DNA of 64,000 nt from an uncultured Acidobacteriota bacterium (GTDB lineage Bacteria > Acidobacteriota > UBA6911 > RPQK01 > JAPXNP01). Location: NCBI GenBank assembly GCA_963777605.1, contig CAVZRV010000007.1, positions 192,001 through 256,000 of the forward strand, written 5' to 3'. The notes beneath the pieces are model-generated. The model made no database searches. It was not told the origin of the DNA and saw only the letters and a list, made by a program, of their open reading frames with translations. Position 1 is the first letter of the stretch; each line of letters opens with the position of its first letter. A program made the position numbers and the translations under genes. This document shows positions 50,838 to 60,970 of this stretch, in pieces.

Positions 50838-50914
50838 AAAAAGGGCGGTGACCCATGGCCACCGCCCAAATCTTAGCAGATCTGGATGTCGGGCGGGTCT
50901 CCCGCCCGACATCC
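50838..50914 (-). terminator. Double hairpin / intrinsic terminator after the OmpA gene
   Basis: 14-bp perfect stem at 50884-50914, then GGGCGGUGGCC-AUG-GGUCACCGCCC-UUUUU. Confidence 0.75.
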
Positions 50915-50923
50915 TTAAGGGAG

Positions 50924-53038
50924 CTAGGGAACGAAGAGTTCCACTTCCACTCTGCGGTTCTGCTTCCGACCCTCATCAGTCGAGTTGTCGGCAATCGGAT
51001 TGCTCTCGCCGGCACTCTTGGTCTCGATGCGGTTGGCATCGATCTTGTGCTGCTTGACGAGGTAATCCTTGACCGCTTCGGCCCGCTTCATTCCGACCGT
51101 CTCATTGGCCGATTCGCTACCCTGGTCATCGGTGTAGCCGGTGAGCCGCGCACGAAGCTGAGGATTCTGCTGCATCTTGAGTGCGATCTCATCCAACTGG
51201 GCCTTGGCCTTGTTGTCGGGCCGCGAGCCGGTCATCGGGATGATGACCTTTTCGACCACTGCGAAGGACTTGGTGCTGGTGCAACTGCCACCGCGATCGT
51301 CCTTAGCGGTCAGAGTGACGCTGTGCGAACCACCGGACATGCCGCCGGTGTTGATGGCGAGAGAAGATCCGCTCTCGGAACGGGACCTGCCGTCAACCTC
51401 CCAGCCGTAGCTGATGGGATCATTGTCCGGATCAGTCGCCTGACCTGAAGCAGTGACCGTTTCACCGGCGAACACATTCGTCGAGCTCAGGTTGAGCGAG
51501 CAACTCGGATTGTTGTTCGGTCGCAGATTCACGGTGACGTTGAATTCGCAACTGGCGCTCATGTTGTCGGTGTCGGTAACCGTGACCCGGACGTTCTTGC
51601 GGCCCTCGGTCTTCCCGGCGGTTCCAAACACGAACTCGGCGCTGTTGTTGGAAACCGACTGTCCATCCACGGTCCAGGAGTAGGTCAGAGCGTCACCATT
51701 GGGATCGGAAGCCGATGCCCGCAGCGTGGTCGACTGGCCCATAGTCACACTCTCGGTACCCGGGGTACAGCTGATCGTCGGAGCCATCTTCCGCTTCTCG
51801 ACAGTAATGTCGGAAGAACAACTGGCAACGTTGTCGCCGTCGCTGACCTCGAGCATCACGCTGTAGCGGCCAGGATCAAGCCCGGTCGTGTCGAGAGTGG
51901 CCGAGTTGTCACCCTGGCTCAGGGATCCGCCGCTTGTCTTCCAGTTGACCGACAAGTTGTCGTCGTCCGGGTCGGAGATCCTGGCGCTGACGGTGGCTTT
52001 CTCGCCTTCCGTGACCGTTGTGGCGCTGGAACTGCACTCCGCCGTCGGCGGCTTGTTGATGGTCCGCTTCAGGGCAGCCTGCACGTAGAAACCGGTGCAG
52101 TTGGCATCAACCACGCCGGGAACGCTCGTCCCGGTGAAGTGGTAGTTGGCCGCGCCGGTAAGAGACATCCACTTCGAGGGGAACACCCGAAGTCCGGCGT
52201 AAGCATCGATCGGATCGTCGGAATTAACGTAGGGGCTGGTGTCGCTGGAGCCATAGAACATGCGGCCCAGAACTTCACCGATCAGGTGGACGGACTGGGT
52301 ACCGAGCGGTGTTTCGAAACCGCCGCCCCAGTTAAAGCTGTCCTGCCGGTCGATTCCGGCACGGTCTCCGGCAAAGAGGAGGCCACCGTTGAAGGTGACT
52401 GTTCCCCCTCCGGCAATGTTCTTGGACAGGATCATGTCAAACCCACCGTCCGTCGCGCCCGAGGTCAATCCGCGAAGCAGGTGCTGACGGTCGTTGGTCA
52501 CGTGGAATTTAACAATCGGCTGAACCGCCAGGCCAACCGGCCCGCCGTGGCGTTCCGAAAGGAGGTTGAATTTCACGCCGGCCCAGAGATCTCCTGAGCC
52601 GTCGCCGAACCCTACGTCCATGTACGGCGACTCGTTATAAAAGCCAACCACGCCGCCCGGTTGATTGTTATTCAAGACCGCCGGCACCAAGGCGCCACGA
52701 GGCAGAATCTTGTTGACCACAATGTCGTCAGCGTTGACACGCTTATAGGCCTCCATAGACCCGAACAGCTCAATGCGGTCTGTGAGTCCCACGGTGAAGG
52801 AGACCGGAAAGATCGTGTAGTCAATCTGACCCGGATCACGGTTGAACTTGTGAGCATTCACCGATATGGCGAACTCCCCCTGTCGGAAGGTGTCCGCTAC
52901 CGAAAGATTAAAAAGTCCAGTGCTGCCGCGATGAGTCGGCGTCAGCAACTTGATCTTTTCCTTGTCCTGGGCGACCGCAAGGCCCGCCAGGACGGCGACC
53001 ACCGTCAGGATCAATAAAAAGTGTTTAGGCCGAAGCAT
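50924..53038 (-). CDS. OmpA family outer membrane protein with PKD/Ig repeats
   Basis: Beta-barrel-like N-terminus, three ASDPDxDxLxYxW Ig repeats, GYTDDQG...RAEAVKDYL...NRRVE. Confidence 0.9.
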   Translation of the reverse strand: MLRPKHFLLILTVVAVLAGLAVAQDKEKIKLLTPTHRGSTGLFNLSVADTFRQGEFAISVNAHKFNRDPGQIDYTIFPVSFTVGLTDRIELFGSMEAYKRVNADDIVVNKILPRGALVPAVLNNNQPGGVVGFYNESPYMDVGFGDGSGDLWAGVKFNLLSERHGGPVGLAVQPIVKFHVTNDRQHLLRGLTSGATDGGFDMILSKNIAGGGTVTFNGGLLFAGDRAGIDRQDSFNWGGGFETPLGTQSVHLIGEVLGRMFYGSSDTSPYVNSDDPIDAYAGLRVFPSKWMSLTGAANYHFTGTSVPGVVDANCTGFYVQAALKRTINKPPTAECSSSATTVTEGEKATVSARISDPDDDNLSVNWKTSGGSLSQGDNSATLDTTGLDPGRYSVMLEVSDGDNVASCSSDITVEKRKMAPTISCTPGTESVTMGQSTTLRASASDPNGDALTYSWTVDGQSVSNNSAEFVFGTAGKTEGRKNVRVTVTDTDNMSASCEFNVTVNLRPNNNPSCSLNLSSTNVFAGETVTASGQATDPDNDPISYGWEVDGRSRSESGSSLAINTGGMSGGSHSVTLTAKDDRGGSCTSTKSFAVVEKVIIPMTGSRPDNKAKAQLDEIALKMQQNPQLRARLTGYTDDQGSESANETVGMKRAEAVKDYLVKQHKIDANRIETKSAGESNPIADNSTDEGRKQNRRVEVELFVP

Positions 53039-53350
53039 AGCTCTACCTCCTGAGTAACGTCTCTGCGCGTATGCCTGAAATACAAAAATTCCCTATCAAA
53101 GTTTTCGCGCACCAAAAAAAGATATTACAGCACTCTCTCCAAGCTACCAATAGTATCCGCTGTTTCTCTCAACAGCAAATGTAAGGCAAGTTCTGCAAAC
53201 TCGCAAGAGTACAGTCACTTCCGTGACTTCGCGAGTATACCATTGCATCCTCGGATCGGTAACCAGCGAATTTCCAACTCCTGCCTGAAGTGACTCCGCA
53301 AGTCCGAACGGGTTTCTCAGACGGACCCCAACCCAATACAATCGCCTGTA

Positions 53351-54091
53351 ATGGATGATTTTGAGAGCCAAGAGTCGCAACTTTTGTCAGGAAAGATCGC
53401 ACTCGCGCACCGAATTGGGAATGCCATCGAGGTTCTTTTGGTAGCCCTTTTCGGGTCACTGCTCGTTCCCATGGCATTCTCCGTGGCCGGAATTTCTCCC
53501 GAGCAAATCCTTCGCAACCTTGGGTACCTCGTCAGTCTCCTGCTGACAGAAGCCTCGGTTACGCTGCTGGTAATTCTCGGGTTGCTCAAACTGAGAGGGC
53601 AAACCCTGCGCGATCTGGGGTGGAGATTTGGCTCTCCGCTGCGAGAGAGTCTGGCCGGACTGCTGTTCGTTCCCGCCCTTTTCACGACGGTGTTCCTGGT
53701 CAGTGCTTCATTTCGGACGCTGCTGCCGGAGTACGCAACCCAGGACAACCCGCTCCTGGGCCTGATCCGCAGCCCCGGCGACCTGTTGCTGATGATCATC
53801 AGCAGCATCTACGTGGGAGGGTTCAAGGAGGAGATTCAGAGAGCGTTCGTGCTGAATCGCTTCCAGGAGAACCTGGGCGGCGCAGTGCCCGGACTGGTGA
53901 TCTGGAGCGTTTTCTTTGGCTATGGACACATGGTGCAGGGCATCGACAACGCGATCGGCGCAGGTCTCCTGGGACTACTATTTGGCCTGCTTTACCTCTG
54001 GAGGCGCAGTCTCACGGCCCCCATCCTGGCTCACGCCGCCTACGACGTTCTGACCGTCACGATCTTCTGGACTTTCGTCGGCCGCAGCTAG
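53351..54091 (+). CDS. CPBP (Abi/CAAX) intramembrane metalloprotease
   Basis: EEIQR, FFGYGH, AHAAYD. Confidence 0.88.
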   Translation: MDDFESQESQLLSGKIALAHRIGNAIEVLLVALFGSLLVPMAFSVAGISPEQILRNLGYLVSLLLTEASVTLLVILGLLKLRGQTLRDLGWRFGSPLRESLAGLLFVPALFTTVFLVSASFRTLLPEYATQDNPLLGLIRSPGDLLLMIISSIYVGGFKEEIQRAFVLNRFQENLGGAVPGLVIWSVFFGYGHMVQGIDNAIGAGLLGLLFGLLYLWRRSLTAPILAHAAYDVLTVTIFWTFVGRS

Positions 54092-54877
54092 CCGCGTCAG
54101 CGCAGCCTCGGCCGCCTGCTGTTCAGCTTCCTTCTTGGAACGCCCCTTTCCCTGGGCAATTTCTTCCCCGGCGTGCAGAACCGAAACCAGGAATTCTTTC
54201 CGGTGCTCCGGGCCTCTCTCCGCGACCACCCGGTACCGGGGAGTCGCCCAGTGCATTCGGTGAAAGGTCTCCTGCAGAGTGGACTTGTGATCTCTCAGGA
54301 GAACTTCCCCCCGGGCGATCTCGGCGAGCTTATCCCGAAATTCAGCGAGCACAAAATCCCGGGTCACACGGAGCCCGCCGTCCAGATAAACGGCTGCAAC
54401 CAGGCTCTCGAAAACGTCGGCAAGGATTGCCCTCTTCTGCCCACCTCCCGTTTTCGCCTCACCTCGGCTGAATCGGACGAACCGACCCAGATTGATTCGG
54501 CGGGACAGCGCGGAGAGTTGCCGAGTCGAGACGAGGTGGGCACGCAACTTGGTCAGGGCCCCCTCCGTCATTTCGCTGTAAGTCAGGAAGAGGAACTCGG
54601 CAATGATGAATCCGAGGATTGCGTCGCCCAGGAACTCGAGTGATTCGTAGTCATCGACGCGAGAGGACTCCTCTCCCTGCTGTTCGTATGCGTACGACTT
54701 GTGTGTCAGAGCGCGGTCGAGAAGTCGGTGATTCTTGAACTGGTAACCGATCGCTCCCTCAAGGGCCTGAAGTTCCTCGATCCGCTCCTCGGAGAGAATG
54801 TGCCGCGAATCGTCGAGTTGATCGACCGCCGTCTCGGATCGAATGCTCCGTATGAAGGAGATCGCCTTTCGCCACAC
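53978..54877 (-). CDS. rnc: Ribonuclease III
   Basis: ALTHKS, ESLEFLGDAIL, ADVFESLVAAVYLD, dsRBD ..GRSKKEAEQQAA; GTG start at 54877 is uncertain. Confidence 0.95.
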   Translation of the reverse strand: MWRKAISFIRSIRSETAVDQLDDSRHILSEERIEELQALEGAIGYQFKNHRLLDRALTHKSYAYEQQGEESSRVDDYESLEFLGDAILGFIIAEFLFLTYSEMTEGALTKLRAHLVSTRQLSALSRRINLGRFVRFSRGEAKTGGGQKRAILADVFESLVAAVYLDGGLRVTRDFVLAEFRDKLAEIARGEVLLRDHKSTLQETFHRMHWATPRYRVVAERGPEHRKEFLVSVLHAGEEIAQGKGRSKKEAEQQAAEAALTRLAAADESPEDRDGQNVVGGVSQDGGRETAPPEVKQAK

Positions 54878-54908
54878 CCTCTGTCTCCCCAGAACCTGAC
54901 TGACCGGA

Positions 54909-55916
54909 TCAGCGCTGCGGATTTGGTACAGCCGCCGGTGTCGCAACGGTATTTGTCGTCGCCGAAGCCTGCGTGGCCTGAATCTCCCGGGCCTGTTGCT
55001 GACCAAGAGCCGTCAGTTCCTGCTCCATCCGGGCTCCCGCTTCGGAAACGATCTCGTCAAACGACTTGGCAGCCCACTCGGAGTCCGGCATCTTTGACTT
55101 GATGATGCCGAGCACTTCCTCCAACTGCTGTCGCGCCGCCTGGGCGGCGATTCCCTGAATCGCGACCGCGCGGCCGTAAGCCATCAACATCGGGCCGACA
55201 TTCCCTATTTTGCGCTGCGCAAAGGCGAGACGCAAGGCGGCGTAGTCGTGGCGCGGATTGTTTCGAAGTGCGGCCTCCAGATAATTGATGGACCGAGAAA
55301 GGTTGGCATCCGGGTTGGGCCCATTTCCAGAGTTGATTTTACTGAGGTAAGCGCGCCCGAGGGCGTAATAGGCCTCGGCCCGCACGTGGTACACCTGCAA
55401 GACCCAACTGGATGCCATCTCCGGGTCAGGCCTTTCCATGGCCTCAATCCGCTGAATTGCCTCATTCGCCCGCTTGATGGCCAGGTCAGGCTTCTTGCCC
55501 TCGGCATAAACAAAAGCCAGTTCGCTCAGGAGGTCGGCGACACCCGGCAACTCGGCGACCGCCTTCTCGGCGTGATCGATGAAACTCGCAGTATTGCCGG
55601 TCTGGAAGTCATTCTGAGCGATCAGGTAATGTGCCCTCGGAACCAGTCCACTCTGCGGGTACTGCTCCAGGAACTGACTGGCCAGGTTCGCCTGCTCTGC
55701 CGACGACGGGGCACTTTCGACTAGTTTCCAGGCATCAGCCTCCGCCTGAGTGCTGGGGCTTCCCGCCACGCTAGAGTCCGCAGCGGGACTCGCTTTCTTC
55801 GGATTGGCTTCGGCCCATACACGCGGCTGAGGCTCGCTCTGTTGTTGACTCAGGGCCACACCCGAAAGACTCAGGCAAAGCGCAACTCCGGTCGCGCAGG
55901 CTTTCCACTTCGACAT
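54909..55916 (-). CDS. Secreted TPR-like protein
   Basis: Signal peptide, helical repeats, SD AGGAGG. Confidence 0.7.
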   Translation of the reverse strand: MSKWKACATGVALCLSLSGVALSQQQSEPQPRVWAEANPKKASPAADSSVAGSPSTQAEADAWKLVESAPSSAEQANLASQFLEQYPQSGLVPRAHYLIAQNDFQTGNTASFIDHAEKAVAELPGVADLLSELAFVYAEGKKPDLAIKRANEAIQRIEAMERPDPEMASSWVLQVYHVRAEAYYALGRAYLSKINSGNGPNPDANLSRSINYLEAALRNNPRHDYAALRLAFAQRKIGNVGPMLMAYGRAVAIQGIAAQAARQQLEEVLGIIKSKMPDSEWAAKSFDEIVSEAGARMEQELTALGQQQAREIQATQASATTNTVATPAAVPNPQR

Positions 55917-55934
55917 CTGTAAACCTCCTAAGTG

Positions 55935-57532
55935 TCAGCGCTCCGGGGGAGGCAGGACTTTGACAGACTCCTGCGCGGCCCGGCGCGCTCCATTGAAATC
56001 TTCGCCGGCTTCAATCACCTGCTCGAACCTGCGGCGAGCTTCCACGAATTTCCCTTCGTGTGCCAGGTAGCGGCCGATTCTGACCGAACACCAGGCTTTC
56101 ACCCAAGGCTGGGCACCTGACGATACCTCCGCCTTCCGGTAATAGTCCATAGCCGCCTCATGCTCCTGCTTCTGGGCGGCAATCTGCCCGAGGTAGAACA
56201 GCGCATCGCCGTTATCAGGCGCAACGTCGAGCAGTTCGTTCAATCGACTCTCGGCCTGATCCCACTGACGGCCGCTCATGAACTCGCTGGCCTCCCGGAA
56301 AAGCCTGATTTTCCGGTTCGCTTCATCCACGGCTTGCTGCCGTTCAACCAGTTCCGCCTGCCGTTTTGTCTCGTCCGCCTGGTCAGCCGCATTCAGCTTT
56401 TTCTCCAAAGCGAGGATCGTGGCGGCGTCCTGGTTGATTTCGTCCTCCGAAATCGCGCCCAGAGAGTCCGCCAGAAAGGCCGGGAAAGTGACGTTCGGCA
56501 AGGCCTCGTACTTCTGGAGCGCCCTCAGGAAGTAAGGGGTAAAAATCAGCCCCCTTCTGAACAGGCTCACATTCTCGCGGTCCCAGTCGTCGGGAGGATG
56601 AAGCCGGTGGAGCACCGCCTCGACGAGGGACTCAGTCAGAATCAACAGGAACCGGCCATGGAAATCCTTTGCCAGGTTCGGCTGCTGCTCAGAAAGAGCG
56701 AGCAGAGAACGAAGCTTCAAGGCCTGGCCGCCCTGCTTCTCGACGAGCGGGTCGAGCAGGAAATGAAGGTATTCGTGCTGCAGTTCGACTGCGTTCCCTT
56801 CGTGGTCGCCTGCAGGACCAACAACGATGTAATAGACCCGTTCCAGGTTGCGGGCATGCACCACGTTCCTGAAGCCGAACAGGTCCGGCATGATCACGAT
56901 CGAACGGTCCAGGACGACGCGAGCCGGAATTCGGAAGTATTGGAGCGTCGCTCGCATGACCCTTTTCACGATAGGGCCGTAGCCTTCCAGTTCCCTGCTG
57001 TAATCGGGCCGGTATTTCTCCCACAACATCTCAATCCCGGCTTTGCGGTAGAACTCGGGAAGGAGTTCCTCGAAGCCAAGAATCCGCTTGACGTCAAGCG
57101 GAATCTCGGGCGCATTGTCCATCAACCGAAAATCAGGGGGACCGGTCAGAAGCAGGGCAAGCGACGTGTAGGCGGTGTGCTGAGCCTCGTCGGATCCCAA
57201 TGAATGGGCCGCAAACATGACCCGGAGGCGACCTTTGAGGCTCGGGTCCAGGTTCCTCAGGTCCTCCCGCAGCCGGGAGACGATTTCCATGTCGAGCTGT
57301 TCTTCATGGCCTCGGCCAAAACCCGCCACGGTCGCCGCAGCCATTACAGTGAAGACCCGGATATCGGTCCGCAGTTCGATGTTGAGAAGATCCTCAACTT
57401 CACCCTGGAGAGGACAATCCGCGAGCGTGTTTGAGCCGCCTGTCCGAACAGGGCAGCGCCCTGGCCAAAGAGAACAGGCAGGAGAACAACGATGACAACG
57501 GTCGCCCGGACCAACTGGAGTTTACGATTCAT
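55935..57532 (-). CDS. Secreted protein with HExxH and C-terminal TPR (frameshift near 57400)
   Basis: QHEYLH, TPRs; the signal peptide lies in the 57344-57532 ORF. Confidence 0.65.
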
Positions 57533-57590
57533 TCAAGTGAAGGGCTATCTTATCGAATGCCCGGCTTCGAGTTCCACTTGCGCCACCCTG

Positions 57591-58052
57591 TCATTCCCCG
57601 CGGCGGATCGCCCGAAACCGCTTAATGAACCAGAGCGCAAATGGATAAGCCAGAACTGCCAGAATGAACGAAAGGGCCAGGGATCCAGTAAACGCGGGGA
57701 TCAGCAGCCGCCACTGGCCGGCAAGCCAAAGCCAGAACTGGCGGGAGAATAACTCCAGGAAGCCGACCTCGGGCAGGGACAGTGCATTCTCCATCCCCAT
57801 GAGGTGAATCCCCACCCAGGTCGCGAAAGTGTAATAGGGCACGGCTACCCACGGAGCGTTCACCCAGACTCCGATCAGAATCGCGGCCCGGTTGAGCCGG
57901 AACAGGAGAGCCAGGGACACGCCGAGGACAGTGTGCAGGCCCAACAGAGGAGAGAAACCGAGAAGCACGCCGAGGGCAAAAGCCAGGGCCGTCCGTTCCG
58001 GTGTATCCGGGACCTGTGCCAGCGCCGAAACAACCCCACGAATCCAGTTCAC
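57591..58052 (-). CDS. DUF2062 membrane protein
   Basis: TPERTALAFALGVLLGFSPLLGLHT, RLNR, WVNAPW. Confidence 0.85.
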   Translation of the reverse strand: MNWIRGVVSALAQVPDTPERTALAFALGVLLGFSPLLGLHTVLGVSLALLFRLNRAAILIGVWVNAPWVAVPYYTFATWVGIHLMGMENALSLPEVGFLELFSRQFWLWLAGQWRLLIPAFTGSLALSFILAVLAYPFALWFIKRFRAIRRGE

Positions 58053-59062
58053 TTGAAGTGGTCAAATCCTTTGGCTTCGAGAGTCTCGCATCGCCCCTCA
58101 CGTCGAAGCGCAAGTTGTGGGATTCCCTCTATAATCGTTCCTATTCGTTTCGGCACCGGCCACTCCGGCCTCCAGCCAGTCTCGAACTCCTGTACCCGGG
58201 CGGGATCGATGGTGAACGCCAGGGCGTAGTCCTCCCCGCCATCGAGCGCATGCTCGAGCGCCAAGTCGCCGGCGACACCGTGCGGGAGAGGGATCGCTTC
58301 AACCATCAGCTCCGCGGCCACCCCACTTTCTTCCAGGAGGTGCAGCACATCCGAGGCGAGGCCGTCGCTTACGTCGATCATGCTGGTTGCCAATCCGGTT
58401 TCCTGAAGGAACCGCCCTTCGTCCACCAACGCGTCCGGAAACAGGTGGCCAGCCACCCACTCAAAGGCCGCCTCGCGTCCCAATATCTCCCGTAGATCGC
58501 GCCGGTCCCCAACGCGCTCAAATCCCCGATCGACGTGCTCCTTCAGATACTGCATTCCCAAACGGGAGTAGCCCAGCCGGCCGGCGACATAGAGCAGATC
58601 GCCGGAGCGGGCGCCGGAGCGTAAGACGGGTTCTCCCGAATCGACCCCGCCCATCGCCGTCACCGACAATGTCAGAATGGACGACGAGGAGAGGTCCCCA
58701 CCGACGAGCGACATTCCGTACTCCTCGGCGGTATCCACGAAACCGCCCACCATTTCCTCGAACTCGCTCTCTGCCAGATCCGGCGGAACAGCCATCGCCA
58801 ACTGGCAGGCAATTGGCCGGGCGCCCATCGCAGCGAGGTCGCTGACGTTCACGACGCAGGCCTTTCGCCCGAGGAGCCGGGGCCCGATCCAACTGCGATC
58901 GAAGTGAACCTGTTCCACCAGCAGGTCGGTCGTCACCAGCAGGCGGTGGAGTGACCCGGGGTCGAAAACGGCACAGTCATCCCCGATATCCCGCAACAGG
59001 CCGGGTGGAGAAGATCGCTCCAGGCGTCGGATGAACGCGATGCGTTTGAATTCACAACTCAT
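58049..59062 (-). CDS. thiL: Thiamine-monophosphate kinase
   Basis: IGDDCA, NVSDLAAMGA, GGDL, IDVSDGL, GGEDY. Confidence 0.95.
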   Translation of the reverse strand: MSCEFKRIAFIRRLERSSPPGLLRDIGDDCAVFDPGSLHRLLVTTDLLVEQVHFDRSWIGPRLLGRKACVVNVSDLAAMGARPIACQLAMAVPPDLAESEFEEMVGGFVDTAEEYGMSLVGGDLSSSSILTLSVTAMGGVDSGEPVLRSGARSGDLLYVAGRLGYSRLGMQYLKEHVDRGFERVGDRRDLREILGREAAFEWVAGHLFPDALVDEGRFLQETGLATSMIDVSDGLASDVLHLLEESGVAAELMVEAIPLPHGVAGDLALEHALDGGEDYALAFTIDPARVQEFETGWRPEWPVPKRIGTIIEGIPQLALRREGRCETLEAKGFDHFK

Positions 59063-59064
59063 AG

Positions 59065-59520
59065 TCAGGTGGTCTTGACCAGTTGACTGATCTCCTGCAT
59101 GAATTCATGCACACTTTTGAAGTCGAGATAGACCGATGCAAAGCGGACATAGGCGACCTTGTCGGTCTGGCGCAGGCGCTCCATCACCAGTTCGCCGACC
59201 CGCATCGAAGTGATCTCGCGACTGGGAGAATCCTGGGCCGATCGTTCAATGCTGTCAACCAGGTCTTCCAGTTGCCTAGGAGAGACCGGCCGCTTTTCAC
59301 ACGCTTTCATAATTCCACGGAGCAGCTTGTTTCGATCGAAGGGCTCCCGCTGCCCTCCCTTCTTGACGACCATGAACGGGATTTCGTCGATGTGTTCATA
59401 GGTTGTAAATCGCCGCCCGCACTTCACGCACTCGCGGCGGCGCCTCACGGAAAGCCCATCCCGGCTCTCTCGCGAGTCTACAACCCGATCTTCGTCGTGT
59501 TCACAGAAGGGACACCGCAT
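59065..59520 (-). CDS. nrdR: Transcriptional repressor NrdR
   Basis: MRCPFC, VVDSR, RRRREC, RFTTYE, VAYVRFASVY. Confidence 0.97.
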   Translation of the reverse strand: MRCPFCEHDEDRVVDSRESRDGLSVRRRRECVKCGRRFTTYEHIDEIPFMVVKKGGQREPFDRNKLLRGIMKACEKRPVSPRQLEDLVDSIERSAQDSPSREITSMRVGELVMERLRQTDKVAYVRFASVYLDFKSVHEFMQEISQLVKTT

Positions 59521-59651
59521 TTCAACTCCAGGCCGCAATCAGCGACGAAACAAATACCGGGGCTTCTCTAATTTCCATGTAGTTCATACCATAGAATGAG
59601 GTTTGGACAGAACGTCGGAGTCGGCCGCCATGGCAGATGGACTCACTGCCT

Positions 59652-59677
59652 CGAACTTTTCGCAATCAGTTTCCGTT
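59652..59677 (+). promoter_or_regulatory. Putative autoregulatory ECF promoter
   Basis: CGAAC-N17-CGTT upstream of the ECF sigma gene. Confidence 0.55.
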
Positions 59678-59720
59678 CATTGTTTACGACGGAACGATTA
59701 ACTAGTGAGGAAGAAGCAGA

Positions 59721-60296
59721 TTGCAGCACCCAGATGCCAAGCTAGTTCAACGTTGCGTCGATGGAGACTCCCGAGCGTGGGATGGTCTTCTGAGATCTTA
59801 CAGCGGAAGGCTGCTGAACATGGCATACCGATACACCGGAAATTACTCTGTTGCTGAAGAACTGACCCAGGACATCTTCCTCAAGGTTTTTCAGAACCTT
59901 CCCAGTTTTCGACCCGAGTCCGGTTCGCTTCAGAATTGGGTCATGCGGGTGGGGCGAAACCTGATCATTGATCACTACCGGGCCCACAAGAAAGAGAAGA
60001 ACGTGGCCGGAAGTGAGGAACTCGAAGTGCTCGATTTCGGGGACCAAAGCCGGAGCGCGAGTCCCTTCGAGAGCGTGGCGCAGGGTGAAAAAGCCCGCTT
60101 TCTCCAAGCCGGACTCGAGAGACTCTCCCCTGAACTAAAGGAAGCGGTCATCCTGCGCGACATCGAGGGTTTTGCCTACCTGGAGATCGCCGACATGCTC
60201 GGCATTCCCGAGGGCACGGTTAAGTCGCGAATCAACCGGGGCAGAATCGAACTGGCAAAGGTATTGAAACAGGCGAGGAGCGAACAGGCATCATGA
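59721..60296 (+). CDS. ECF RNA polymerase sigma factor
   Basis: AEELTQDIFLK, LRDIEGFAYLEIA, GTVKSRINRGR. Confidence 0.95.
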   Translation: MQHPDAKLVQRCVDGDSRAWDGLLRSYSGRLLNMAYRYTGNYSVAEELTQDIFLKVFQNLPSFRPESGSLQNWVMRVGRNLIIDHYRAHKKEKNVAGSEELEVLDFGDQSRSASPFESVAQGEKARFLQAGLERLSPELKEAVILRDIEGFAYLEIADMLGIPEGTVKSRINRGRIELAKVLKQARSEQAS

Positions 60297-60970
60297 ACTG
60301 CGCCCGATTCGAAACACTCCTGTCGGACTACATGGACGGAACACTCGACAGTCGAGTCCGTTCCGCCATGGATCAGCACCGACAGGACTGCTCAGCCTGC
60401 TCCGCCCTCTTTCGGGATGTTGCAAGTCTGAGAAGCGAATTGAGCCGATTCCCGGAAGTGTCTGTCCGTGAAGAGTTGATCGAGCGGATTCTCGTTCGGA
60501 CGACCGGGAAGCCCGAAAAACTCTCATTCTGGTACGGCGTCGTCATGCCCGCGATTCAGCCTTTCCTGACTCAGCGCTATGCCTTTGCGACGTTGATGAT
60601 TTTTGCGTTCATATCGTTCGCCGCCAACGTCATGGGGCCGGGCTTCTCGGCCTCGAGCTATTCCCGCTTCAGCCCGAGTGCCATGATGGCCCGGGCCGAT
60701 GAATTCGGTGGCGAAATCTACAAGACCTGGCGAGAGTTCAACGACCTTAAGAGCCGGGCGCGCGAAGAATTGCGCCTCCTGAAAGAGGACATGATCGGGC
60801 GCCTGGATTATCACCTCGTCACGATCCTTTTTGAAAGCTACGAGGAATCACTCCAACAGCCAGATGCGGAACCGCAGGATCAACCTCCCGGGGTAGAACC
60901 GTCGAAAGATCCGGCAAAGAGCGATGGAGCCCACGATACCAAAGCAAGAGGGGAAGCCAACCATGAATGA
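60293..60970 (+). CDS. Zinc-binding membrane anti-sigma factor
   Basis: MNC...LSDYMDG...HRQDCSAC plus TM; overlaps the sigma stop codon. Confidence 0.88.
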   Translation: MNCARFETLLSDYMDGTLDSRVRSAMDQHRQDCSACSALFRDVASLRSELSRFPEVSVREELIERILVRTTGKPEKLSFWYGVVMPAIQPFLTQRYAFATLMIFAFISFAANVMGPGFSASSYSRFSPSAMMARADEFGGEIYKTWREFNDLKSRAREELRLLKEDMIGRLDYHLVTILFESYEESLQQPDAEPQDQPPGVEPSKDPAKSDGAHDTKARGEANHE

